In this document: positions 19,793 to 31,265 of the stretch, piece by piece
Layout of the letters: each line of letters opens with the position of its first letter
How positions within the stretch are numbered: position 1 is the stretch's first letter
From: an uncultured Verrucomicrobiae bacterium
Lineage (GTDB): Bacteria > Verrucomicrobiota > Verrucomicrobiia > Chthoniobacterales > UBA10450
Direction of reading: 5' to 3'
NCBI GenBank assembly: GCA_963756875.1
Contig: CAVWPA010000001.1
Span: 668,689-732,688, forward strand
DNA length: 64,000 bases
Notes under the pieces: model-generated
Told to the model about the DNA's origin: nothing
Databases searched by the model: none
What the model saw: only the letters and a program-made list of their open reading frames with translations
Program-made: the position numbers and the translations under genes

Positions 19793-22133
19793 ATGAACAT
19801 CCTCGGCCTTAACGCTTACCACGGCGATTCCGCCGCTTGTTTGTTTGTCGATGGCAAACTCGTGGCCGCGGCCGAAGAGGAACGCTTTCGGCGGATCAAG
19901 CATTGGGCCGGTCTGCCCACGAACGCCATCGATTATTGTCTGCGCGAGGCGCAATTGTCCGTGGCGCGAGATCGATCATATCGCAATCAATCGCAAGCCA
20001 GGCGCCAACAACCTGCGGCGGCTGGGCTTCGTTGTTTCCCGCTGGCCGCACCCGAAATTGATGCTGCAGAAAATCCGGAACATTCGCAGCGCGGCCTCCA
20101 TCAAGGAAACGCTGGAGAAGGCGTACGGAATCGAGCTGAAAGCCCAGGTCCACCACGTCGAGCATCACCTCGCGCATCTGGCTTCGGCGTTTCTCGTTTC
20201 CGGATTCAACGAGGCGGCCTGCATCTCGATCGACGGGTTCGGCGACTTTGCCAGCACCGCATTCGGGTTCGGGCGCGGCAGCGAGATCAAAATCGACAAC
20301 CGCGTTTATTTCCCGCACTCGTTAGGCATCTTTTATTCCGCGCTCACCCAGTTTATCGGATTCCCGAATTACGGCGACGAATACAAGGTGATGGGACTGG
20401 CGCCTTACGGTGAGCCCACGTTTTTCGAGCAGATGCGCGAGATCGTTCGCATCCGGCCGGATGGCACGTTCCGGTTGAATTTGAAATATTTCCGGCACCA
20501 CAGCGACAACGTTTCTTACACGCTGGAAAGATTGCGCCCCGGAAGTCGGACCGCTTTACCGGAAAGAACTGGCCGATCTGTTAGGGCCGCCGCGAAAACC
20601 GGACGAGCCGCTCGAACAAAAACACAAGGACATCGCCCGTTCCGTCCAGACGATTTACGAGAAAGCGTTCTTCGAGTTGCTGCATGCGCTGCACAAAAAA
20701 CATCCGTCCGATAATCTCGCGTTGGCTGGCGGTTGCGCGATGAACTCGGTCGCCAACGGCAAGGTGTATCGCCGCACGCCGTTCAAGAAAATGTATCTGC
20801 CTGCCGCGGCCGGCGACGCCGGCGGCGCGATCGGGGCGGCCGCTTTTGTCCAATGTCAATTGGGCAAAAGCGAAGAAGATCGAAGTTCGAAGAATGAAGA
20901 TGGGTCCTCCAGCCGCCGAGCTGCCGTCTCCCAGCTACCAACTTCAACGGCGGTGTCCGCCTGGACTCCGCGATACTCTCGGCTCCCGAAGCGACACCGG
21001 AAGAACTGCACGCGCTGGTCGAATGGAAGAAAAAGGAGATCGCGGATGCCGGTTGCCCCATAGCGCTGATCACTGGTGAAGAAGAACTGGTGCGCAAAAC
21101 CGCGCAGGCCATCGCCGACGGAAAAATCGTGGGCTGGTTTCAGGGACGAATGGAATGGGGACCACGCGCGCTGGGGCACAGGTCCATTCTGGCCGATCCG
21201 CGCCGGGCCGACATGAAGGAAATTTTGAATGCGAAGATCAAACGGCGCGAATCGTTCCGGCCGTTTGCGCCTTCGATTTTACGAGAGGCGGTCGGGGAAT
21301 GGTTCGAACAGGAGGACGACGTTCCGTTCATGATGGAAGTGTTCCAGATCCGGCCGAAACATCGGGAGCTTATTCCCGCGGTCACGCACGTCGATGGGAG
21401 CGGCCGGTTGCATACCGTGACCAGGGAAACCAACCCGCGTTACTATGGCGTGATCGAACATTTTCGCGATCTGACCGAGGTCCCGATGGTTCTCAATACG
21501 TCGTTCAACGAAAACGAACCGATCGTCTGTTATCCGGAAGAAGCGCTCGAATGCTTCTTGCGGACGAAAATGGATGTGCTGGTGCTGGAAAACTTTTTCC
21601 TGGATCGAACCGGCGACGAGGGCGGGGAGGGCCAAGGGCAAAGAGCAAAGGGCAAAGAGGAAGCGGAAGGGCAGAGGAAGAAGCAAAGGGGAAAGAGCGG
21701 TAAGAGCGAGGAGCACGGAGCGAAGAGCGCGGAGCAGGGAGCGAAGGGCAAAGAGGGAAGCGGTAAGGGCGAAGAGGAAGAAGCAAAGGGCGAAGAGGGA
21801 AGCGGTAAGAGGGGAGCGAGGAGCAAGAGCACGGAGCAGGGAGAGAAAGGCAAAGAAAGCGAGAGCAAAGAGGAAGAAGCAAAGGGCGAAGAGGAAAGCG
21901 GTAAGGGCGAGGAGCGAGGAGCTAAGAGCACGGAGCAGGGAGCGAAGAGCAAAGAGGAAAGTGCAAAGGGCAAGGAAGAAGGAGCGCGAAGTGGCGAGCA
22001 GCTTCCAAAAGCAGAGGCGAAAGAGCAGGGGACAACCACCGAAGATAAGCGCGAGACGAAAACTGAGGAAGCTCCGATGAAAAAAGCCGAGCCGGAACCG
22101 CCTGTGAACGAGCTCGAAATCGGCGGCGCATGA
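19793..22133 (+). CDS. NodU/CmcH family carbamoyltransferase (several frameshifts) with low-complexity C-terminal extension
   Basis: MNILGLNAYHGDSAA..AAEEERF, HHLAHLASA, DGFGD, EYKVMGLAPYG, AGGCAMNSVANG, GRMEWGPRALGHRSILADP, KRRESFRPFAPS, NTSFNENEPIV. Confidence 0.9.
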
Positions 22134-22160
22134 GTTGGAACGACTTTAGAACTCAGCGAT

Positions 22161-22334
22161 ATGGAAAACTACCTTAAGGAGATGCTGGTAATTTTGACCG
22201 ACTCGAAGGTGGAATTTGTTGTAGGCCGGGGGGCCTGTGTTCTTCATGGGGTGGAACGCGTTACACTCGACCTCGATATTGCACCAGCGGCAGACATGGC
22301 GAGACCTCCGGAATTCAGTTTGCAGTCAAACTGA
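22161..22334 (+). pseudogene. Truncated nucleotidyltransferase (N-terminal fragment)
   Basis: Manual translation MENYLKEMLVILTDSKVEFVVGRGACVLHGVERVTLDLDI: degenerate GGxA..HG..RxTxDxD NTase motif; stops after 57 aa. Confidence 0.6.
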
Positions 22335-22354
22335 AGTGGTGGGATAATCCCACC

Positions 22355-22585
22355 ATGACGTTAACCGCCGACAGCAAGAAAAGAGTCGTGCTGCCCGGAG
22401 CGGCGCCCGGTGATGTTTTTACATATGAGCAGACCAGTCAGGGTGTGGTCCTGCGGCGTATTTATCGTCCTGAGCCCGGGAAAAAAAGGATGACCAAAAA
22501 ACAGGTTTTGGCGGAGATCCGAAAATGGAAAGCTCTCCGTGGCGTGAAATGGGAGGAGCTCCGTAAGCTCACCCGAGAGCCGTGA
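22355..22585 (+). CDS. AbrB-like antitoxin
   Basis: TADSKKRVVLP...PGD...GVVLRR; overlaps the PIN gene. Confidence 0.7.
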   Translation: MTLTADSKKRVVLPGAAPGDVFTYEQTSQGVVLRRIYRPEPGKKRMTKKQVLAEIRKWKALRGVKWEELRKLTREP

Positions 22586-23001
22586 TCCTGCTGGACACGA
22601 ATATAGTGGTCGATGCGCAGAATGAAGCGTCGCCTTTCTTCGAGCGGACCAGGAAGCTAATCGTCGAAGCCGTCGTCTCCACAGGCGCAGCCGTAAACAC
22701 GGTGATTTTGGCGGAACTCTGCGCAGGAAAGCGCGATATCGCCGACTTGATTCAATCCGAACTGCGTCGAGGAGGCGTTCAATTTTTCGATTTGCCCGCG
22801 AATACAGCGCCAATCTGCGGGGACGCTTATCGTAAGTATCGACTTTCAAGAAAAAAGTCGGCTGGAGGTAGCGCGCCAACAATGCCGTTGCCGGATTTTT
22901 TTATTGGCGCGCACGCGGAACTGATGGGTTGGAAACTGGCGACGCGCGACACGGAACGTTACCGGCTTTACTTTCCAAACGTGCAGATTATCGAGCCTTG
23001 A
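22582..23001 (+). CDS. PIN domain (VapC-like) toxin
   Basis: ILLDTNIV, LAEL, LPDFFIGAHA, LATRD..RYRLYFP. Confidence 0.92.
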   Translation: MILLDTNIVVDAQNEASPFFERTRKLIVEAVVSTGAAVNTVILAELCAGKRDIADLIQSELRRGGVQFFDLPANTAPICGDAYRKYRLSRKKSAGGSAPTMPLPDFFIGAHAELMGWKLATRDTERYRLYFPNVQIIEP

Positions 23002-23189
23002 GTGGGGCGATTGCGCCGCGATCGCAGTTATCCGTTATCGGCCTGCCATCGGACGGCCCCGAAAGCTTTCGGGGTTAACGGTTATCGGTTGCCGAGTTCA
23101 AAGCAGGGGAAGGGATTTAAACAGTCGCCACGGCGACTTCGTCAGACAGAAGGAGAAGACCGCTTAAGTCCGCGGTACTGCGCGGGCGC

Positions 23190-24224
23190 CTACTCGGTTG
23201 AAGAGCCGGAACCGGACTGTTCCAAATTTCGCGATCCGGACGGGTTCAAGGCATAATCGATAAAAACGGAGTGTCTGTCACCGTCGGTTCGAATGCTCAC
23301 GCGTCCGTAGGTATGCGACTGATTGAGCACGAAATAGAACTTTTTCGCGAAGGCTACCCCTTCCATACCGTTTTGGACATGAAACGAATATTCAAGCGTC
23401 GGCTGATAACCGGTTTCAGGTGCCTTGAACGGAAATTCGTCGGCATGCTCAATCAAACCGCCGCCCGGCACCGAAATTGAGATGCTCCAGTCATACGGAA
23501 ACCGCGGCTGATGAGGTGGTGGCTTCGACACATTGAGAACCAAGTGGCCATCGGGCGATTCACGGCCGGTAAACAAATCTATCCGAGCCGAACGATTTTC
23601 CCCAAAAGGAATCGAAGTGCTGATTGACTTCGCAATTAGGTCTTTGGTTCCTTCTTTTTTCCGCAACTGAAATATCACCGGCGCATTCGGGCTCGGAGTG
23701 TAAAAGATCTTCTCATACGGGTTGGCAAATTCATAGCTCATTTCATTTGCCTGAGTGGGTGTGTAATAGCCATCTTTTGAGACTCGCACCTCCAAACGTT
23801 TGCCGTGCGTACCCGTCAAGGAGAATAACCCTTGCGCATCAGACGTTGTTTCGGCTCGGGAGGTACCGCGCGGCGAAATATCAGTCCACAGAAATTGAAC
23901 TTTCGCATTCGGTACGGGTCGCAATTGCTCGTCCACCACCTTACCATAGAATCGAATCGGAACTTTCCATTCCCATTGGCGATCTTGGGCATGGCGGCGT
24001 GTTACTTCGTCTGCGACTTGTTGCTTCGAAAGCGATCTGGCATCTATTTGGGGGTAAGCATTTGTCGGGCGGAATATCTTGCCGGCAGCGTCTGTTAAGC
24101 GTCTCGTCGAAAGATGCGCACGCTGTTTATGGTTTGGGTAATCTCGCTCGCGTCGGAGTCCGTACAGGATGAAACCACCAAGCGCCACTAGGACCAGCAA
24201 GACGGCGATCCAGTACTTACGCAT
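23190..24224 (-). CDS. Exported hypothetical protein with carboxypeptidase-regulatory-like domain; candidate immunity protein
   Basis: N-terminal TM; FYGKVVDEQLRPVPNAKV...TSDAQGLF...VSKDGY; starts 1 bp after the upstream stop. Confidence 0.7.
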   Translation of the reverse strand: MRKYWIAVLLVLVALGGFILYGLRRERDYPNHKQRAHLSTRRLTDAAGKIFRPTNAYPQIDARSLSKQQVADEVTRRHAQDRQWEWKVPIRFYGKVVDEQLRPVPNAKVQFLWTDISPRGTSRAETTSDAQGLFSLTGTHGKRLEVRVSKDGYYTPTQANEMSYEFANPYEKIFYTPSPNAPVIFQLRKKEGTKDLIAKSISTSIPFGENRSARIDLFTGRESPDGHLVLNVSKPPPHQPRFPYDWSISISVPGGGLIEHADEFPFKAPETGYQPTLEYSFHVQNGMEGVAFAKKFYFVLNQSHTYGRVSIRTDGDRHSVFIDYALNPSGSRNLEQSGSGSSTE

Positions 24225-24225
24225 A

Positions 24226-27200
24226 TTATTGTCGAAGCTCTCCCACTATCTGGCTGTAAAATGGGTTCAGTATTTGAATTGGACGTTCAAATTGGCCACT
24301 GTGATCTTCCACGTTCGCTCCAAAATTGCATATTGCCTTGAGGCTTACCGCCGAGTTAAAAATTGTCACGTTGTTGGGCTCGGCACCAGCAGCTTTTGAC
24401 CGTGGTCGAGCAACAAATGCCATGGATTCGTGAATATCGTTTACTGGCCGCGTGACAAGGTAGTCTCCGGACAAGGTGCGGCTCCAGTTCAAGGTCACTC
24501 GTTGGCCGATTGGCTGGTCGCTCGCGTACAGATAATCACCCGCCGTCGAATCCTGATCGTTAAACCTGTTCGGCTTGTAATCGATTTCGTTTTGTTCCCA
24601 GTTTGTTTCAAACGGCCAGCCGGGAACGATGCCGATTGTGCCGGTCGCCAGTGCATAATCGTCAACATTATAGAACGAGATAAATTTACCTGCGTTCAAT
24701 CCGGTTGAATACAACCGATAACCGAGATCGTTCCCCGAATCGGGTGTTGGACTAGTCTGTTCTGCGGTCAAAAACGGTGCGTAATTATTGACACTATCGT
24801 TGAAGCAGCCCGCGGGAATGGCCGCCTGCATCAGAAAATATCGATCAACGACTCATTCCACGCTTGAGCGCTGACGTGGTAACGATGTTGCCCATACTGT
24901 GGGCGGCGACGTTGATGGTGTAGCCCGGAAGTTGATTCTTCAGGTAGTTCTCGACATAGCTGGCCAATGATTTTCCGTATTTCCAGGCAAGCCATTCGCT
25001 GGTGTTATACGAATCAAATGACGTCTGGGTGGCCCACCGAAACGCGGCGAAACGTCCCTTGTATCCCTGCCACCAAAGGCGTTTAAAGAATGTTTCGCTG
25101 AAGCTGATCGAATCGTCATAACTCATTCGCCAGCCATGAACAAAGACGAGACACTGCGCTTCCTCATCGGGCGCTTGTTCAAAGTGCGGATTGACGTCCA
25201 CGGTGTAGTAGATCTCGCTGTCATCGAACGTGCTGTTTGAGGATGTGTATGGAAGGGGTCCAACGGGTCGGGCGTTGCGCTCGCTCGTTGGTACATCTTC
25301 TTAATATTCTTCAGCTCCAGCCAGACGCTGCTGCCTTCAGTCAGCTCGTTGCCGTCGCGGTCCAGCAGAACGACTGTCAGTTCGCCTTTGCCTTCGTGGA
25401 CTCCTTCGAACAGCAGACATTTCCTGGGGTTCTGAGAGCTAAGACCGTTCCAAAAATCGCTCTTAAACAAAAAGACACCGTTTGGGTCGACTGTTATTCG
25501 GTTGTTTTGGTCGGTAATGGCGTTGTTGAACACGCCTTGGATCTGCCTTGCCGCCGCGGCTTGGTCGGTAAGGTAATTGTGTCGAACCGTCACCATCTTC
25601 AGAGGGATAAATGTTAATCGCCGGCGCGTCCGACTCGACCGTTTTCCATTTCAACCCAACCTGGATGTCGCCAGCCAGGACTTGATCTTTAATCCCGGTC
25701 AAATTGATCCAGAGACGCGCGAAATCCTCGAGGTTTCGATGGGTCACGATATGATATTGCGAGTAGTCCGGCTGAAGAGGAGGTACCTGCTCTGTTCCAA
25801 TAAATGACGGTTCCGTGGTCTGGTAATCGATTTCGGTGTCATCGTCATCATTCAACCAGAATCGGTACGGTCGATCCTCACTTGTCAGATCTTTGTTGTG
25901 AATGGCGCCGTCGGTGATCGACATTTCACCGTCTCGATTTCCGTCTACCATTAACTCGCCGGCAAGAATCTGGATCCCGTAATATCCCGGACGATCGGGA
26001 GTCAAATAGTAGATGTCTGTCTCGGTTCCGGTTCCTTCCCAGCGACGCACCGTTTTTATGGGAGTGCCGTCTTCCTGCTCCGGTGTTCGCTGGTCGTCCA
26101 GAGGATAAAAAATTTCGATCCAGGAGATCGATTTTCGATCGGGCAAATTCGGACTCGGGCTCCATTTGAACTGATAATTAGAGTGACTGATATAAACGCC
26201 TTCCTGGTTGCCCGGCAGAAACTCGAAATCGGCAAAGATCGCGTCATCGTCGATGGTAGGAGGGGCATCAAACGGCGGAATGGCCGGTAACGCGGCGCGG
26301 GTGCGACCGATCAGTTCGTCCGTCGTGTACTCTTCGCTCAAGGTCGTTCTTTCTTCAGCAGTGGCCTGCCAATCGTCGATCAAGTTGGGCGGATCATCGT
26401 ACGCGCCGCCGTCCGCCTCTGCCCCGAAAAACACAGTCAGGCGATCAAACCGAAAGGTCGCCGTCGGCGCAGGGTCCCAATCCATGGACCCGTAGTAGGG
26501 CGCAGGAGCGTTGCCTGTCGTCGTGGTCTGCTGCTCTCCCGTATCCGGATCGACGTTCACCTCGATGGTTCCATGCACGGGGCTTTCCGGATTGCCGCCC
26601 ACAAGATCGATGATCATTTCACTTTTCAAATAGTAGGCCGGCGGTTGGGTCGGAACGAACGGCCGCAGTCCCGTTTTTCGCTTTCCTACTCCGCGACTGC
26701 GATTAAGCATTCTCGGATACGGCACGCCGCCATCGTAATAATCATTGGCCATGCCGCCCGCCTGGAACTCCTCTAAATTACTCAGGCCGTCGCCGTCGAA
26801 ATCGCCATCGCCCGTTTGGCCGAGGTTTCCGAAATTCGCCATCTCCCACTCATCCCCTAATCCGTCGCCGTCGGAATCGTGGTCCACCTCCACATATCGC
26901 GGCGCAGATACGGCCTGTAGCTCCCTGCTCGTCGACCGCCCGTGCTGTCAGGATAAACGAGCCTGCTCCGCTTGGTTGCCAGACGACTGTGAAAGGGGGC
27001 TGCGTGCTCGCACCGATAAGAGTCGATCCTTCGTAAAACTCTACCATGACGACCTGGCCTTGCCGATCCTGCGCCTGCGCTTCAACGGCGACATTCTCTC
27101 CCGCAATAACTCCGGCGTTCTGCAAGGGAGCGACAAGTTCGACCTCCGGAGGCGCGTTCGCCGTGGCCGTGGCGGGAATCTCCAGCATGCTTTGGTCTGC

Positions 27201-30200
27201 GTTTGATTGCACACGCAGCAACCCGGCATAGTTTCCATCCGCCAAACCGGAACCGTCGGCGGTAACCATTACTTCGGCCGTTCCGCCGGGATCGATCTCA
27301 CCGTTCGCGGGCGATACCTGGAGCCAGGAATTGTCACGGCTGAGCCGGACAGCGAGACCATCCCTGATGTAAGGCTTTTCAAACGCTACTTCTAAGCCTT
27401 GATCCTGCTCCAAATTCTGCAGGCCCACGGACGCGGCATTGAGTGTGCCGGTCATCGATTTGTACCTGAAACGTTATCGCGCCGGTTTCATCGAGCCGGA
27501 TCTGGAATGTCACCGGTCCGCTGCCGTCGTAATGGGACACCTGATCGAACTGAATGACCGTGTGATCGGAGCTATTTAAATAACGAACCTGTCCGCCGGC
27601 CGCGGGATTGAGATCGGTGTGAAACGCTGCGATCTCGCCCGGTGCGGCTTCGGTCCCGGGAAAGGAACCTGGACCAGGGTTGCTCGAGCCCGACCCGACG
27701 GTTACGAATCCGTCGCTGCTGACGTAAATTCTTGTGTAGAGACTTCCAAAAAACGGAAAGCTAAACGGCAGATCGATCGCCTCGAAATCGTCATCTGACT
27801 GGGACACGACCGAAAGCACCGTACCCGTGCTGGTAATGTCGTCCCACTGATAGACAGGGCCATCCGCCGAGTTGGAATCCTTGAACGAGTAGGATAACGC
27901 GTCTGTCTCGCAGGCAAAATCGAGGGGGAGCGGTCCCGTGTTGTGAAGAACGACGTTTTGAGACTGCGTGTCCGGTATGTTCAGAGCGAAGCTTAAGCTC
28001 TCGGGTGTCGCCTCCAGAAATGCATCGGCCTTTTCGGTGAACGTGACAGCCGCAGTTTGATTTCCTCCCGCGTGAATCTCGGCGACGACCGACGACTTTG
28101 AGCCGCGCGTTTCCGGTGCGACCAGGGAAACAGATCCCTCACCGGATGCATTGGTGCGCACCTGGAGCGAGGGCACCGGGTTGCTGTCATCCCCGGCGAC
28201 GGCGCCGCTACCGGCCCCGACATAAAAATCCACCGGAGCGTTGGCCAGGGGCGATCCCTGTGGATCGCTTACCAGGACGGTTGCGGACAACGGCAGCGTG
28301 GATCCCGCCGGTCCATGTTGATTGTCTCCCTCCACAATCGTGATATTCGGCAGGACGCCGTTGAAATAGTCCGCCGGATCGGACCCATTCAGGTATTCCT
28401 GCTCATTCGTTAGGCCATCGCCGTCGAAATCGTCGCCGCCCGTCTGGTCGAGATTTCCGAAATGCTCCAGTTCCCAGACGTCCGGCAGACTGTCTCCGTC
28501 GCTGTTCGTCCACACGATCAAATGCGTCGCGTTCGAAAGAGCAGTCGAATTGCGGTCGTCAGTCGCGCGCGCTGTCAAAACATGGTTGCCAGCCGGCGGA
28601 GACTGCCAGATACAACTAAAAGGCGGGGCTGCGGCTTCGCCGATTAATTGGTCGTCAGCAAGGAACTCGACCTTTGTCACGACGCCGTCTTCATCGGAAG
28701 CATCGGCCGAGACAGTGAGCGCCTGGTTCTCGAGACACTCGAAGTTGTCCGGCGGGAAAATAATTGCCGATTGCGGTTCGTGATTCACCGTCAAAGTAAC
28801 CGCCACCGATTGAAATGGCGGCGTTGAACCATCGAGCGACAACGCCAATTGCCCATTGTAAATCCCGCTCGGGAGATTTGAGGTGTCGAAGGAGACAGTT
28901 ACCGGTTGATTCTGGGCCGGATCGAGAGTCCCTGCTTCCGGCGAAACGGCAAACCATTGGCTCGCGGTGATAACACGTATCGCCATGTTCGAATGCAGGT
29001 AATTCTGCCCGTAGGAGACAGTCAGGCCTTTGTCGCGGGTTTCGTTTTGAATGCCCACGGTAACGTCGTCCACAACCGCAGGAACATCTTTGTACTCGAG
29101 ATCGATAACGCCGTCGCGATGCAGGATAATCTCGAAATCGACGATATCGTCGTCATCCAGCCGCGCGACATGATCAAATTGAATGATGCTCCGATCGGTT
29201 TCGTTCTGGTAATAGATCGCACCCGGGCCTTCCGTGGTTAGGTCCACGTGAAATCCGGCAATCTCATTGGCCGGCATGTTCTCGCCGGGTAATGGATAAT
29301 TATCGTACTGGTCGGAGCCTTCCCCGAACGTGATGAAGCCGTTCGAACTGACAAAGACAGTCGAAAAACTCTGGCCGAAATACGGAAAAGAAAACGGAAG
29401 CTCGAAGCTCTCGAACCTGTCGTCGGCTTCCGAAACACTGGAAAGCATCGTCCCGGTCGTCTTGATGTCCTCCCATGTGTAAGATGGGCCGGACGGCTGA
29501 TCGGAGTCCGTGTACGCGGGATTCTCGATTACATTATCGACGGGGGTTATCTGGAACATCGAAGGCAAAACCGATGTGTTCGTCAGCGTGAGCAACCCAT
29601 CCGCGGTTTGGTTGGCATTGAGAAGCATGGAAATGCTTTGCGGCGAAAGTTGCAGCGGCATTACCGAGTCGGAATCGTTCGGATCGGTTCCGCGTTGATA
29701 CTCCTCCAGATTGCTAACGCCATCGCCATCCGCGTCTCCGGCGGCGTCGTCCGTCGTCGGGTCGAGGTGATGGACAAATTCCCATTGGTCCGGCATTCCA
29801 TCGCCGTCGCTGTCAGGATCTGAGTCGCTCGTCCCCAGCTGGTTCTCTTCCCAGGCAGTCAGACCATCGCCGTCCTGGTCGATGTCGCCTGCAAGAAGTC
29901 CGCGATAAACGATCACGCCGGCGCCGGGTTGATCAGGGCGCGGAACGGGAGTCTCCACGACGCCGCCCGTTCCCGTGATCTGAGTACCAAAACTCGACCA
30001 GCCCGAAAGATCGTTGCTCGACTGAATCTGGTAAAGCTTGCCAAAAGCGGTGTGGATCAAAAGCTTGAACGTGTTCGCGTCGTCGCCCGGCCCGAGCTCC
30101 AGCGGAAAAGCGGAATGCGGGTCGTGCGGATCGGTCCCCAGCGCGCTCTCCTGTCGGTTGGTCAATCCGTCTCCATCGTCATCGCCATCCGCGGCGCTCC

Positions 30201-30402
30201 CGTTCACACCATAAATCCTCTCCCAAACGTCGCTCAATCCATCCTGGTCCAGATCGATCGCATCGACGCTGAGCAGTGCGCCACTGAACAAAGCGGCGCC
30301 GAACACGGCGCACAGCTTGCCCAACTTCCAACCCCTGGTGCGCGTCGCCCATCGTCTCCGCCGTCGTGCGGGAGAACCTGAGCGTATCTGGTTTCGCGGC
30401 AT
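24226..30402 (-). CDS. Giant secreted protein (~2000 aa if frameshifts are errors): Asp-rich Ca-binding repeats, duplicated nidogen-like/Ig modules, C-terminal alpha/beta hydrolase
   Basis: Five co-oriented ORF fragments; DxDGDGxxDxWE repeats; two LPFSFP(Y/F)FG..VSS(N/D)GF modules; VFVHGW..KRLWWQGYKGRF..AAHSMGN. Confidence 0.78.
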
Positions 30403-30738
30403 GGTTCAAAATAGGACCGCCGACGATAGTGAAGTCAGGCGTTGCCCGACAAGATGATTTCGTTCGTGAACGCCAAAAGTTATTCACAATGGACTTCGTT
30501 TTCCGACATCCGAACTCCGAAAGCCCGCCCTTAGCTTATCCCTTCAAAAATCTCACAGAAGATAACGCATCCAGCCCGTAGGCTTTCCTGGCCGGAGGCG
30601 AAGGTAACAAAGATCAGATGATCGCTGCATCCAGCCCCGAAATGCTTCGGCGTTGTCATGCTTCGCAGAGGACATCCAGAATCGAGCATCTGCCCCGCCA
30701 AACCCATCCGCGAAATCCGTGTAATCCGCGGTTAGATC

Positions 30739-30937
30739 TCAGGCGTTATCGAAACTCCAGCGCCGTCACGATCGCGATATTCGTGATGTGCGTTCCTTCT
30801 TGCGCGAGGGACTGATTCAGGTGGATCGTTTGCATGAGATGTTCGCACAAATTGAACCGGGCCTGATCCGGTATCCCGCGATTGATCCAGTCTCGTTTCG
30901 CGCCGCAGTCACGGAGTTTTGTGATGAAAACCGCTGA
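30739..30937 (+). pseudogene. C-terminal remnant of a DUF6036-like nucleotidyltransferase
   Basis: QALSKLQRRHDRDIRDV / LREGLIQVDRLHEMFAQIEPGLIRYPAIDPVSFRAAV; 5' part absent, abuts the ATCCGTGTAATCCGCGG repeat. Family recalled from memory. Confidence 0.5.
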
Positions 30938-31265
30938 CCTGATCGCCGGCCTGCCTGGGGAAACGCTGGTGCGAAAGGGTTTGTCTGATTTTCGGTCGGG
31001 CCGCTGCACCATTGCGGCTTGTCTGGTGGCCATCGCGCGCAGTCGACTGGCCGGCGCGGGAGTGATCCGCGATTCAGAAGCGCCCACGTTCGTTGAACCT
31101 GAGCTTCAACTTTATCGGCTGCTTCAACGGGAAGGGGGCGATCCCTATTCGCGATACAACGCTTTGCTGCGCGAACTGGTTAGCTTCGAACAAGCTTTGG
31201 ACTGGCGCCGCAGCAGACAACATCTGAGCGAAAAGACTCGCCCCGGCAAGGTTTCCGACGTCTGA
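30924..31265 (+). CDS. Hypothetical protein, probable partner of the upstream nucleotidyltransferase remnant
   Basis: LPGETLVRKGLSD...ELQLYRLL...YSRYNALLRELVSFEQAL; start overlaps the remnant's end. Confidence 0.7.
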   Translation: MKTADLIAGLPGETLVRKGLSDFRSGRCTIAACLVAIARSRLAGAGVIRDSEAPTFVEPELQLYRLLQREGGDPYSRYNALLRELVSFEQALDWRRSRQHLSEKTRPGKVSDV

